This document shows, piece after piece, positions 19,124 through 27,579 of a stretch of DNA of 64,000 nt. How positions within the stretch are numbered: position 1 is the first letter of the stretch; each line of letters opens with the position of its first letter. Source of the DNA: Gemmatimonadales bacterium (GTDB lineage Bacteria > Gemmatimonadota > Gemmatimonadetes > Gemmatimonadales > GWC2-71-9). The translations under genes were made by a program, and so were the position numbers. Location of the stretch: the NCBI GenBank assembly GCA_041741375.1, contig JBGSKF010000143.1, positions 18,633-82,632 of the forward strand, in the 5' to 3' direction. Below the pieces are notes generated by a model. That model was not told the origin of the DNA. It was given only the letters and a program-made list of their open reading frames with translations, and did no database searches.

Positions 19124-19513
19124 ATGCGCGTCATGGCCATGTCCGTCACCCTCCTTCTCTCCCTCGCCGCCTCCGGTACTCTCGCGGCCCAGGCCGACCA
19201 CGTAGGCCACGGCTTCGGCGAGGTCCTCCGTATCAAGGCGATGGTGCAGCAGGACTCCCTCTACCGGGCGGCCCCCCGGGACACCACGCTCCTTCTTCTG
19301 ATCGAGCGGGACGACACCGGGCGGCTGCGCGTGGTCGGCACCGCGGCGGACCGTCCGGCCCTGCGACTCCTGAGCCTCGAACGGGGGAGAGGGGCGCTGA
19401 GCGGGCACTTCCCGCCGGGAAGGGGGGTCCCGGCCCGGGTGTACTACTACGTGGTACAGGGGGTCGCGCGCTCCCCTCGTGCCCTGATTCCCGCCGAGGG
19501 AACAGGTAGCTGA
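19124..19513 (+). CDS. secreted protein, paralog B (same N-domain, unrelated C-tail)
   Basis: ORF 18806..19513 from ATG 19124. Begins MRVMAMSVTLLLSLAASGTLAAQADHVGHGFGEVLRIKAMVQQDSLYR... Confidence 0.45.
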   Translation: MRVMAMSVTLLLSLAASGTLAAQADHVGHGFGEVLRIKAMVQQDSLYRAAPRDTTLLLLIERDDTGRLRVVGTAADRPALRLLSLERGRGALSGHFPPGRGVPARVYYYVVQGVARSPRALIPAEGTGS

Positions 19514-19551
19514 CCCCGTCGGCATCCGGCCTGACGGATCCTTTCCCTCCC

Positions 19552-19590
19552 CGTACCCGTACTCGTACCCGTACTCGTACTCGTACACGA
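19552..19590. repeat. CGTAC(T/C) hexamer tandem array
   Basis: cgtacccgtactcgtacccgtactcgtactcgtacacg. A short related copy lies at 19001-19016. Confidence 0.8.
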
Positions 19591-19694
19591 GCGGTTCCTT
19601 CGAGGCCACTTCTTGACTTGTCCACGACTTCAGGCGTTCGTAAGTGTGACTCCATTCAAGAGAACGGGTCCCGAATCAGCGGAGGGGAGTCGCC

Positions 19695-19979
19695 ATGTCC
19701 ACCAGCACAACGATTCATGCCTTTGTCCTTGCCGTGTCTGGCGGTGGCTTGCTGGCGAGTGCCGTTCTGGACATGCGAGGACGCGATCGAGCCGTGATAC
19801 TGCTCCTGGTTCCCCTCCAGCTTGCCCTGGTCATCCAGTCGGTGGGGGCCCTGTTCCTGTCGGGGCGGAGTGCGATCGCTGCCGTCATTGTCTCCATGGT
19901 GCTGTTGATTCCTGCCGCTGTCCATAGCATGCGGTTGATTCGGCAATACAGAGCCAAGTCGGCTGTTGGTTCTCGATGA
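19695..19979 (+). CDS. small three-helix membrane protein
   Basis: ORF 19695..19979. Three hydrophobic segments. 4-nt overlap with the next ORF. Confidence 0.4.
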   Translation: MSTSTTIHAFVLAVSGGGLLASAVLDMRGRDRAVILLLVPLQLALVIQSVGALFLSGRSAIAAVIVSMVLLIPAAVHSMRLIRQYRAKSAVGSR

Positions 19980-20535
19980 CTCGCTTCGGCCCGCCGTTAC
20001 TCGCCTTGTTCGTCGCTTCTGCCCTTGTCCACACCACCCGGCCCGCTGGCCTGACGGCGCAAACAGGCCCGGCACGGCCATCGGTCTGGCTTCAGGGCGG
20101 GGTCGCTCCACGATCGGACGCGATGGTTTCCGCCGGGCTGGAGGTTCGGGGAGGCTGGGGCCATCGGGTGACGCCGGTCCTCGCGGTGGTCGGTGTCTGG
20201 CGCGCCTCCGGATGTGACCAGGTGGTCGGCGTCCCGTGCGACGACAGCGGATGGGCGCCGAGCATCGGTGCCCTGATCTCCGTGACCCCGCCGGCAGGGT
20301 CGGCGCGGCGTACGTTGCCCCCCGGGTGGGGGCCATCTTCTACGACGGCTTCGAACGCGGGGTCTGGAACCCGAGTCTCGGGCTCGGCGTGGCGTGGGCC
20401 GGGCAGGGGGCGGTCGGTTTCATGGGCGAAGTGCGGTACAATGCGGTCACCGATTCCCGCTCGAGAAACCGCCCGAACCGTCCCGACACGGGGGACTTCG
20501 TGACGTTCCTTGTTGGACTCACCCTACGGATGTGA
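19976..20535 (+). pseudogene. small outer-membrane beta-barrel-like protein, frameshifted
   Basis: Signal peptide MTRFGPPLLALFVASALVHT is in frame 19976. The beta-barrel-like C-terminus (...GLGVAWAGQGAVGFMGEVRYNAV...FVTFLVGLTLRM) is in frame 20236. The frames switch near 20285. Confidence 0.4.
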
Positions 20536-20536
20536 C

Positions 20537-20923
20537 ATGAGCGCAAAGGGATTGAAGGTTTTTCTGCTGTCGCTTGCGAGCCTGGGGTGCGGTTTGGTCG
20601 ACTCGGACACCGACATCTTCGTGATCCGGGTCGACAGCGTCTCGGTTCCTGCCGCCATCGCACCGGCCGACACCATCACCGTTCGCTTTTTCGGGTCCAT
20701 CGGGCCCAACGGATGCTATTCCCTCGTCGGCGTCCCCACCACGCGCACCCCAGCCTTGTTGGAGGTCCGATTCAATGGCAAGAGGGTGGACGCACTCTGT
20801 ATCCAGACGCCCATCTTCCTCGATCACACGCAGCGATTGGTGCCGCCGTTTGTGGATCCGTTCACCATCCGGGTCCTGCAACCCGATGGAGCGGCACTCG
20901 AACACATCGTGCGGGTTGAATAA
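20537..20923 (+). CDS. hypothetical lipoprotein
   Basis: ORF 20510..20923 from ATG 20537. Lipobox in MSAKGLKVFLLSLASLGC. Confidence 0.5.
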   Translation: MSAKGLKVFLLSLASLGCGLVDSDTDIFVIRVDSVSVPAAIAPADTITVRFFGSIGPNGCYSLVGVPTTRTPALLEVRFNGKRVDALCIQTPIFLDHTQRLVPPFVDPFTIRVLQPDGAALEHIVRVE

Positions 20924-20941
20924 GGCCAGCGGGAGGATCGA

Positions 20942-21211
20942 GTGCGTCTGTCGCGGCGGGAACGACGCCTCCTGGTGCGGCTGGTCCGTGCGGGAGGGAG
21001 GAGCCATCCCATCCCGAACTGGGAACCCGGGGAGAGATCCACAGGAGCGCGCCTCTGCGACATGGGTCTCCTGGTTCCCGATGGCGACCAGAAGTTCTTC
21101 GTCGATGTGAATGCCTTTCATCGTGCGCGCCGGGTGTGGCGGCTCCGGGCGGCGGCCGTCTGGATCCTCGTCGCGCTTGTGTTGGGCGTGGTGGGAAGGA
21201 TGATACTGTGA
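20942..21211 (+). CDS. small hypothetical protein with C-terminal TM helix
   Basis: ORF 20942..21211 (GTG). C-terminal AAAVWILVALVLGVVG. Confidence 0.3.
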   Translation: MRLSRRERRLLVRLVRAGGRSHPIPNWEPGERSTGARLCDMGLLVPDGDQKFFVDVNAFHRARRVWRLRAAAVWILVALVLGVVGRMIL

Positions 21212-21240
21212 TCCGCATGCAGAGGCGGAAAACCTCGGGA

Positions 21241-21615
21241 CTAGGCAGTCGGTGGAAAGGGACCGATGGTGTCCTGGCGGCTTTCGGCAAGCTGTACCAA
21301 CGGCTCACCGGCCTCGAGCAGGGTGAGTGCGTCTTTGAATGTCAGCGTGAGGAAACGGCGGAGTGCGATGTTGGAGGTGTTTCCACATGTCACCCAGACG
21401 ATCTGGGGTGGCGCTCCATGTCGCTGGACCAGTTCACAGAAGTCGGCATCCTTCGAGAGGATGATGGCACCGGCTGCTCGTGCCTCGCGGAAGATCTCAG
21501 CGTCCGGGGCGTCGCGAAGACCAAGGGAGCGGACCGCAATGGCCTCGATGCCATACTCCGATTCAAGCCAGGCGCACAGGCCGGGAGGAAGTTGTGCGTC
21601 GAGCCAGACCTTCAC
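21241..21615 (-). CDS. DUF5615 (PIN-like) toxin-type protein
   Basis: ORF 21241..21615. MKVWLDAQLPPGL...ILSKDADF pattern. 4-nt overlap with the upstream DUF433 gene. Confidence 0.75.
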   Translation of the reverse strand: MKVWLDAQLPPGLCAWLESEYGIEAIAVRSLGLRDAPDAEIFREARAAGAIILSKDADFCELVQRHGAPPQIVWVTCGNTSNIALRRFLTLTFKDALTLLEAGEPLVQLAESRQDTIGPFPPTA

Positions 21616-21836
21616 GCGGCCACGATGGGGTGATCCAACTGGCGGCTTGCAAACCGCAAGCTGGCATCGATGTCCTCGGCCACGAGGTCAGGATAATCAG
21701 CGAGGATCTGCTCGCGGGAGACCCCGGCCGCCAGCAAGTCAAGTACATCGGTGACCCGAATCCGCATCCCCCGGATGCAGGGACGGCCACCGCACTGGCC
21801 AGGATCGACGGTGATCCGATCCGCAAGCTGGGTCAT
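21612..21836 (-). CDS. DUF433 antitoxin-type protein
   Basis: ORF 21612..21896 from ATG 21836. ITVDPGQCGGRPCIRGMRIRV is the DUF433 hallmark. Confidence 0.8.
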   Translation of the reverse strand: MTQLADRITVDPGQCGGRPCIRGMRIRVTDVLDLLAAGVSREQILADYPDLVAEDIDASLRFASRQLDHPIVAA

Positions 21837-22058
21837 GGGTTCCTCCGGAGGTAATTTCCATTGGGAAAGATATCCTCGTCCCGACCAGCCCCTCAAGGGA
21901 GGACCCGGATGCTCTCGACAGCAAGGAGGAACTCGTGGTCACCTTCAACAGGGCGGTGTCGCAGCAACGGGCATCACACCTCGGACGACGGGAAGTACTC
22001 CTCCATGGTTCTCAGATCCCCTCGCGGGGCTCGGGGCAGGCTCCTCACTGCGTTCGGA

Positions 22059-23294
22059 ATGGCTTCCCTCTCACAGCCCCTCTCCCTCTCCCTCTCCCTC
22101 TCCCTCTCTCTCCTCCTCGGCTGCAGCGCACCGGAGGTCGATCCGCCGTCGGTGAGCACCGCCGACTCCGCGGGCGTCACCCTCGTCCACGTCCATCGGC
22201 TCGATGACCTCGACCTCCCGGTCTGGAAATCCGAGGTCGTCTTCTCCACCGGCTCTTCCGACTCGCTACTCTTCAACCGATTCGGTGTCGCCCTCTTCCT
22301 CCCCGACGGCTCCCTCCTCGTGGGGTCCGGCGTCGATCTCTTCCAACTCGACGCAAACGGTGCGTTGCGGCGCCGGATCGGACGCGCGGGAGATGGCCCC
22401 GGGGAGTTCCGCGGAATTGGACGCCTCCTGGTCACCGAGGACTCCCTGATCGCCGTGAGCGAAGCCTGGTTCGGGTCCGGGCGCATGACCGTGCTGCGGC
22501 CCGACGGGTCGGTGGCACAATACATCGCCCGGTTAGGCGGCGCGGTCTCCACCACCGAACGGGAGCCGATTGCGATCCTGGGCCGCGGAGTGATTCTGTC
22601 GACGTTCGGGCAATTCATGCCCAACCGGGGGGAACTGCCCGGCGTCCCCTCGGGCGAGCTGGAGCGGGATCCGATGCCTCTCTTCATCCACGACTCCACC
22701 GGCACGATCCGCGACACCCTCGGCTCCTGGCTCGGTCTGGAACGGGCCCGCCTGCTCCGGGACGGCCACACGGTCCGGATCACGGTACCCTTTGCCCGGA
22801 GCGTGGTCCACGACGGCCGAGGCGGGGTGGCGGTCATCGGGCCCACCGACTCGCTCGATCTGTCGGTGTATGACGGGGGGCGTCTGGCCCTGCGGATCAC
22901 CGGAACGGCACCCCATCGTCCCGTCACTCCGAAGCACCTCGAAGGGTGGCGGGCCGTGATGCAGACCTGGAATGGGAGTGATGGCCAGACCTTCCTCGAC
23001 CTGATGAAGAACGCTCCCCGGGTTCCCGAGCTCCCCGCAGTGGGTGCCGTGGTGGTGGACGACCAGCGGAATCTCTGGGTCGGCGGGTATGCTTCGGTGG
23101 GGGACACGGTGCGCACCTGGACCGTCTTTTCGCGGGAGGGCGTGCCGCTCGCACGGATCGACCTGCCGGCCGTGACCGATCCGGTGTTCCACGGGCCCCA
23201 TGAGCTGCTCGATGTCCAGGGGGATCGACTCGCGGTGCTCCGACCGGGTGAGGACGGGGAAGCAATCATCAAAGTCTGGCAGCTGCGGCGGTGA
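22059..23294 (+). CDS. six-bladed beta-propeller family lipoprotein
   Basis: ORF 21861..23294 from ATG 22059. Signal MASLSQPLSLSLSLSLSLLLGC. Contains the GDGPGEFRGIGRL motif and repeated blades. Confidence 0.65.
   Translation: MASLSQPLSLSLSLSLSLLLGCSAPEVDPPSVSTADSAGVTLVHVHRLDDLDLPVWKSEVVFSTGSSDSLLFNRFGVALFLPDGSLLVGSGVDLFQLDANGALRRRIGRAGDGPGEFRGIGRLLVTEDSLIAVSEAWFGSGRMTVLRPDGSVAQYIARLGGAVSTTEREPIAILGRGVILSTFGQFMPNRGELPGVPSGELERDPMPLFIHDSTGTIRDTLGSWLGLERARLLRDGHTVRITVPFARSVVHDGRGGVAVIGPTDSLDLSVYDGGRLALRITGTAPHRPVTPKHLEGWRAVMQTWNGSDGQTFLDLMKNAPRVPELPAVGAVVVDDQRNLWVGGYASVGDTVRTWTVFSREGVPLARIDLPAVTDPVFHGPHELLDVQGDRLAVLRPGEDGEAIIKVWQLRR
22079..22116. repeat. CTCTCC hexamer array inside a signal-peptide coding region
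   Basis: ctctccctctccctctccctctccctctctctcctcct, encoding (SL)n. Confidence 0.85.
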
Positions 23295-23298
23295 ACCG

Positions 23299-24531
23299 AT
23301 GACCAACTTGAAGGGCTCCCAAATGGGGAGTGGAGGCTGGGCCCAATACCCAATACCCAACACCCAGTACCCAATACGCAGTACCCGGTGGACGGGGTTG
23401 GGGGTGGTGCTCCTGGCCTTGGCTGCATGTACGGAACAGAAGGCTCCGCCGCCAGCCCTCTCGTCCGCCGATCTCGCGGAATGCTTTGCGGACGGGACCG
23501 AGGATCCCTGGCGCCCCGGCGCTGATGTGGAGTTGACCGGTACTCCCGCCGAATGGGCCCCGTTGTCTGCCGGAGGTCTGGTGGCCTTTGGAGAGGGGAT
23601 CATCGCCTACGACAGACACGCCGGCTCCGTGCATCTGATCCGGTCCCTCACCGAGCCCGCGGACTCTTTCGGGAGACTGGGGCAGGGGCCCGGCGAGTTT
23701 GCGTCGCCCGGAAACCGCGTCCTTTCGACCCCCGGGGTCGAGTGGATCGACCTGTTTCAGGACACCCTTGCCGTGCTCGATGGACGCGAGGTCCAGCTCT
23801 TCCGGACCGATGGCACCTTCCTCTCCCGGCTTCGAAGTTTCGACGACGCTGCAGGGCACATGCAGGTGTCGCGGAGGGTGCGCCGGGTACCCGGAGGGGT
23901 GGTGCTCGATCTCGAGCCCTGGGAGGGGAGGCGCGGTCCCGGGGGAGAGGTGCCACCGCGGCAATTCGATCTCTGGGCAATCCGGAACGACGCCGAGCGG
24001 CTCTGGTCCCTGTCACTCCCCGCCTTGCCGGTGTCACGCGACGGAGGAACCTATCACGGAGTCAACGAGGCGGATCCGCTGTGGGACCTCTCCGGACCCT
24101 GCTTCATCGTGAGCGACGGAGCGACGCCCCGCCTCTTCGTCGGGAGGATCGACCGGCGGGGTGTGGATACCATCCAGATCGAACTCCCGCCTGTCAGAAC
24201 CTCTCTCCCGCGGGACGATGAGAGTCGGGAAATGCTGCAACAACTCGGTGTGCGCGCAAGCACCCTTCCAGCACCGTCCGCTCGACGGAGGGTTCTGGAC
24301 ATGGTCATCGACCCCGCCGGCTGGGCGTGGATCCTCCCGGTTCAGGAGCGGTTGCCCGATGGGAGAGTGACCGTGGGCCGGATGGCGTTAAGAAGCGGGC
24401 ACACTCTGACCGACACGGTGCCGGTGTTTCCGAAGACATTCGGCGCTCCGGGGGTCCTCTGGGGATGGGCCGCGCCCGATTCGCTCGGCGATCAGCGTCT
24501 CGTCAGGGTGTCTCTTCGCCCGGCCAGGTAG
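23299..24531 (+). CDS. six-bladed beta-propeller family lipoprotein (paralog)
   Basis: ORF 23200..24531 from ATG 23299. Lipobox in ...GLGVVLLALAAC. Contains the GQGPGEFASPGN motif. Confidence 0.6.
   Translation: MTNLKGSQMGSGGWAQYPIPNTQYPIRSTRWTGLGVVLLALAACTEQKAPPPALSSADLAECFADGTEDPWRPGADVELTGTPAEWAPLSAGGLVAFGEGIIAYDRHAGSVHLIRSLTEPADSFGRLGQGPGEFASPGNRVLSTPGVEWIDLFQDTLAVLDGREVQLFRTDGTFLSRLRSFDDAAGHMQVSRRVRRVPGGVVLDLEPWEGRRGPGGEVPPRQFDLWAIRNDAERLWSLSLPALPVSRDGGTYHGVNEADPLWDLSGPCFIVSDGATPRLFVGRIDRRGVDTIQIELPPVRTSLPRDDESREMLQQLGVRASTLPAPSARRRVLDMVIDPAGWAWILPVQERLPDGRVTVGRMALRSGHTLTDTVPVFPKTFGAPGVLWGWAAPDSLGDQRLVRVSLRPAR
23342..23386. repeat. CCCAA(T/C)A heptad array within the N-terminal coding region
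   Basis: cccaatacccaatacccaacacccagtacccaatacgcagtaccc. Confidence 0.8.
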
Positions 24532-24585
24532 GCAGGATCACCGCATTCGTGGTGCGGCCCGGGCGAACTCATGAACAAGGAATCA

Positions 24586-24678
24586 ACCACAGAGACACAG
24601 AGAACACAGAGGTGCGTCAGGCAAGCCAGAACCCTTCGCCTGAGCCAACGCTCTCTGTGCCCTCTGTGTCTCCGTGGT
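24586..24678. repeat. MITE-like hairpin element, copy 1
   Basis: Arms accacagagacacagag and ctctgtgtctccgtggt (one mismatch) about 60 nt apart. Copy 2 lies near 25603-25690. This is the source of the HRDTENTE-type spurious ORFs. Confidence 0.6.
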
Positions 24679-24750
24679 GAACCCACTTACGGCGAGGGGT
24701 GTGGGGCTTCGTGCCTTCGTGGCTTCGTGTGAAGGATGTTGCCCCTACAC

Positions 24751-24840
24751 GCTGGGCGAATGTGATTCGCCCCTACCGCCCCTGGGCGAATGTGATTCGC
24801 CCCTACCGCCCCTGGGCGAATGTGATTCGCCCCTACACCG
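24751..24840. repeat. 30-bp tandem repeat x3, each with the hairpin gggcgaatgtgattcgccc
   Basis: Three contiguous units (g/c)ctgggcgaatgtgattcgcccctac(c/a)(g/c)c(c/g). The last unit contains the VapC stop codon. Confidence 0.9.
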
Positions 24841-25246
24841 GCATGATCACGGGTATCCGCTGCCGGCGGTTCCGGCGATAAATGGCGAAGTCTCGATCGA
24901 GGGTGACGACCACGCTGTCCCCGTCGAGTTCACTCATCCGGACCAGGCAGGCATCGGCGAGTGACATCGGCACCGAGGCGTACCGCGCCATCAGGGCGCG
25001 CAGGGCGGGAATCTCCGCGGACATCGAGAACACAGGCTCGATCACCCGGTGCTCGAGCAGGGCGAGCACGGCGTCCTGTCCACCCGGGAAGCGCCGCAGG
25101 AGAAAGCAGGTTTCCGACAGGACGGCCTCGCAGGTGCCGAGCGGCGGTTCGATGGTGTCGAACACCTCGCGCGCCCAGCGGTGATGCCGGTCGCGACGGT
25201 TCAGCAGCGCGACCAGAGGACCGGTGTCGACCAGGACATGGCTCAC
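24833..25246 (-). CDS. vapC: PIN-domain toxin (VapC-like), copy 1
   Basis: ORF 24833..25246. MSHVLVDTGPLVALL... with acidic residues in a PIN arrangement. 4-nt overlap with the antitoxin. Confidence 0.85.
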   Translation of the reverse strand: MSHVLVDTGPLVALLNRRDRHHRWAREVFDTIEPPLGTCEAVLSETCFLLRRFPGGQDAVLALLEHRVIEPVFSMSAEIPALRALMARYASVPMSLADACLVRMSELDGDSVVVTLDRDFAIYRRNRRQRIPVIMPV

Positions 25247-25482
25247 GTACCGTAGCCGGACAAGTGCCTGGGGTTGGTGGAGAGATCCTGGGGTCCCTCG
25301 ATGGTCTCGGCGACCTCATCCGTGATGGAGGTCACCGATCGGGCGGGGCAAGCAGTGAAGGCCACCAGAGCCTCGCGTACCAGGCTGGAGCGGCTGGTGT
25401 TCCTCTGCTGCGCCAGGTCGGTCAGCAGCTCGTCGAGCCCGGGAGGGAGCTTGAAGGAGACGGTGCGCATCGGTTTCGGCAT
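25243..25482 (-). CDS. ribbon-helix-helix (CopG-like) antitoxin, copy 1
   Basis: ORF 25243..25608 from ATG 25482. MPKPMRTVSFKLPPGLDELLTDLAQQRNTSRSSLVREAL. Confidence 0.8.
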   Translation of the reverse strand: MPKPMRTVSFKLPPGLDELLTDLAQQRNTSRSSLVREALVAFTACPARSVTSITDEVAETIEGPQDLSTNPRHLSGYGT

Positions 25483-25513
25483 GGTATTACCTTTCGTACA
25501 TAATCGTAATACC
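25483..25513 (-). promoter_or_regulatory. inverted repeat abutting the antitoxin start (candidate operator), copy 1
   Basis: ggtattac (25483-25490) and gtaatacc (25506-25513) with a 15-nt spacer. The arms are conserved in copy 2. Confidence 0.45.
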
Positions 25514-25759
25514 ACCAAGTGGACAGTCAAGACTCCTTCCCCACGTCTGTACCATCCTGCCCTCTGTACCTCTGCGGCGAACCCCCTCATGATGGACGAA
25601 TCAACCACAGAGACACAGAGAACACAGAGGGTACGTCAGGCAGGCCAGAGCCATCGCCTGCGCCAGTGCTCTCTGTGTCTCCGTGGTGGACCCACTTACG
25701 GCGAGGGGTGTGGGGCTTCGTGCCTTCGTGGCTTCGTGTGAAGGATGTTGCCCCTACAC

Positions 25760-25819
25760 GCTGGGCGAATGTGATTCGCCCCTACCGCCCCTGGGCGAAT
25801 GTGATTCGCCCCTACACCG
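25760..25819. repeat. 30-bp tandem repeat x2 (same unit as 24751)
   Basis: Two units. The last overlaps the VapC copy 2 stop. Confidence 0.9.
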
Positions 25820-26225
25820 GCATGATCACGGGTATCCGCTGCCGGCGGTTCCGGCGATAAATGGCGAAGTCCCGATCGAGGGTGACGACCACGCTGTCCC
25901 CCTCGAGTTCGCTCATCCGGACCAGGCAGGCATCGGCGAGCGACATCGGCACCGAGGCGTACCTCGCCATCAGGGTGCGCAGTTCGGGAATCTCGGCGGA
26001 CATCGAGAACGCCGGCTCGATCACCCGGTGCTCGAGCAGGGCGAGCACGGCATCCTGTCCGCCCGGGAACCGGCGGAGGAGGAAGCAGGCTTCCGACAGG
26101 ACGGCCTCGCAGGTGCCGAGCGGCGGTTCGATGGTGTCGAACACCTCGCGCGCCCACCGGTGATGCCGGTCCCGACGATTCAGCAGGGCGACCAGCGGAC
26201 CGGTGTCGACGAGGACATGGGTCAC
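25812..26225 (-). CDS. vapC: PIN-domain toxin (VapC-like), copy 2
   Basis: ORF 25812..26225. Differs from copy 1 at 6 of 137 residues. Confidence 0.85.
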   Translation of the reverse strand: MTHVLVDTGPLVALLNRRDRHHRWAREVFDTIEPPLGTCEAVLSEACFLLRRFPGGQDAVLALLEHRVIEPAFSMSAEIPELRTLMARYASVPMSLADACLVRMSELEGDSVVVTLDRDFAIYRRNRRQRIPVIMPV

Positions 26226-26461
26226 CTGCCGTAGCCGGACAGGTGCCTGGGGTGGATGGAGAGATCCGGGGGTCCCTCGATGGTCCCGGCGACCTGATCC
26301 GTGATGGAGGTTACCGATCGCGTGGGACGTGCGGTGAAGGCCACCAGAGCCTCGCGCACCAGACTGGAGCGGCTGGTGTTCCTCTGCTGCGCCAGTTCTG
26401 TCAGCAGCTCGTCGAGCCCGGGAGGGAGCTTGAAGGAGACGGTGCGCATTGGTTTCGGCAT
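26222..26461 (-). CDS. ribbon-helix-helix antitoxin, copy 2
   Basis: ORF 26222..26539 from ATG 26461. Differs from copy 1 at 9 of 79 residues. Confidence 0.8.
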   Translation of the reverse strand: MPKPMRTVSFKLPPGLDELLTELAQQRNTSRSSLVREALVAFTARPTRSVTSITDQVAGTIEGPPDLSIHPRHLSGYGR

Positions 26462-26492
26462 GGTATTACCTCTTGTACAAGAACGTAATACC
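26462..26492 (-). promoter_or_regulatory. inverted repeat abutting the antitoxin start (candidate operator), copy 2
   Basis: ggtattac (26462-26469) and gtaatacc (26485-26492). The spacer contains the palindrome cttgtacaag. Confidence 0.45.
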
Positions 26493-26559
26493 AACAAGCG
26501 GGCGGTCAACCCTTTCCCCCTGCCCCGACCCTCCCACACCTCGGGCGAATGTAATTCAC

Positions 26560-26625
26560 CCCTACACCCTACACACTACACCCCATTCCCTATTCCCTAC
26601 TCCCGACTCCCTACTTTCGCCCCTA
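26560..26625. repeat. CCCTAC-type degenerate heptad array
   Basis: cccctacaccctacacactacaccccattccctattccctactcccgactccctactttcgcccctac. The last unit gives the hydrolase TAG stop on the minus strand. Confidence 0.8.
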
Positions 26626-27579
26626 CGGGGTGTCGGCGCGCCGGAGAAAATCCCGGACCAAGCCGTAGATCGCCTCGGGGTTGTCATTCTCTGTTGCATG
26701 CCCCGCGCCGGGGATCACCGCGAACTGGGCGCCCGGCACGAGCCGGGAGAACTCCTCCGTCGCGGCCGGGGTCGCCTCGTCGAATTCGCCGGTGACGAAC
26801 AGGGCCGGCACCCGGATGCTTCGGAGCCAGTCGGTCCCATCGAAGGTTTTGAGCGTACCGGTCGAGGTGAACTCGCTCGGGCCCCACATGTAGTTGTAGA
26901 CAAAGCTCCCGCTCCGCTGACGGGCGCTGTCGGCGTCGGCGGCGAATCGCGGCGGCGTCCGGCGCAGGAACTGCGCGTAGTAGGCCTCCATCGCCGCCTG
27001 ATACTCCGGGTGGTCGGTGGTGCCCGCCGCCTCGTGCTCGGCGATGTGCCGTTGCATCGAGTCCGGGAGAAACCGGATCAGCGAGTCGGCGTCATGCTCC
27101 CAGCGGGCCGTGGTGACCAGCGGACTGGAGAAGGTGACGCTGCGGACTCCGGTGGGATTGGTGCCCATGTAGGCCTGGAGCAGCATGGCGCCCCAGGAAC
27201 GGCCGTAGAGGTGAACCTCCGTGAGGCCCAGGGAGTCCCGCAGGGCCTGCAGCTCCTGCACGTAGCGATCCACGGTGTAGAGGGTGGTGTCGGTGGGGTG
27301 ATCCGACTTGCCCGATCCCAGCTGGTCGTACCGGATCACCGGTCGGTCGTCGCCCAGGATGGCCCAGCCCTTGAGGCCGAAACTGGAACTGCCCGGGCCG
27401 CCATGGATCACGACGAGCGGGGTGCCGGGACCGTTCCCCATCCGGGCCCAGTAGATCCGGCCGCCGGGTACGGTGATGAATCCCTCGTCCGCGGGAGGGA
27501 GGGGGGGGACCGGAGGCGCCGCCGTGCACGAGAGCAGAACGGCGGCAAGGGAGAGGGGGAGCATTGGGCTCGATCGCAC
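26623..27579 (-). CDS. proline-iminopeptidase-family alpha/beta hydrolase, lipoprotein
   Basis: ORF 26623..27579. MRSSPMLPLSLAAVLLSC, HGGPGSSS, nucleophile elbow GRSWG, C-terminal GAGH. Confidence 0.8.
   Translation of the reverse strand: MRSSPMLPLSLAAVLLSCTAAPPVPPLPPADEGFITVPGGRIYWARMGNGPGTPLVVIHGGPGSSSFGLKGWAILGDDRPVIRYDQLGSGKSDHPTDTTLYTVDRYVQELQALRDSLGLTEVHLYGRSWGAMLLQAYMGTNPTGVRSVTFSSPLVTTARWEHDADSLIRFLPDSMQRHIAEHEAAGTTDHPEYQAAMEAYYAQFLRRTPPRFAADADSARQRSGSFVYNYMWGPSEFTSTGTLKTFDGTDWLRSIRVPALFVTGEFDEATPAATEEFSRLVPGAQFAVIPGAGHATENDNPEAIYGLVRDFLRRADTP

Noticed and set aside
24751-24840. A possible CRISPR array, given the 30-bp repeats with internal hairpin.
   Set aside because: The units are directly contiguous with no spacers. 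There are only 2-3 copies and no cas genes. This is a tandem REP-like array.
24327-25860. ORFs 24327..24680, 24674..24964, 25519..25860 and 25683..26234, encoding HRDTENTE, GECDSPLPPL and similar peptides.
   Set aside because: Their sequences are translations of the hairpin and tandem repeats, and of the antisense of vapC. They are not genes.
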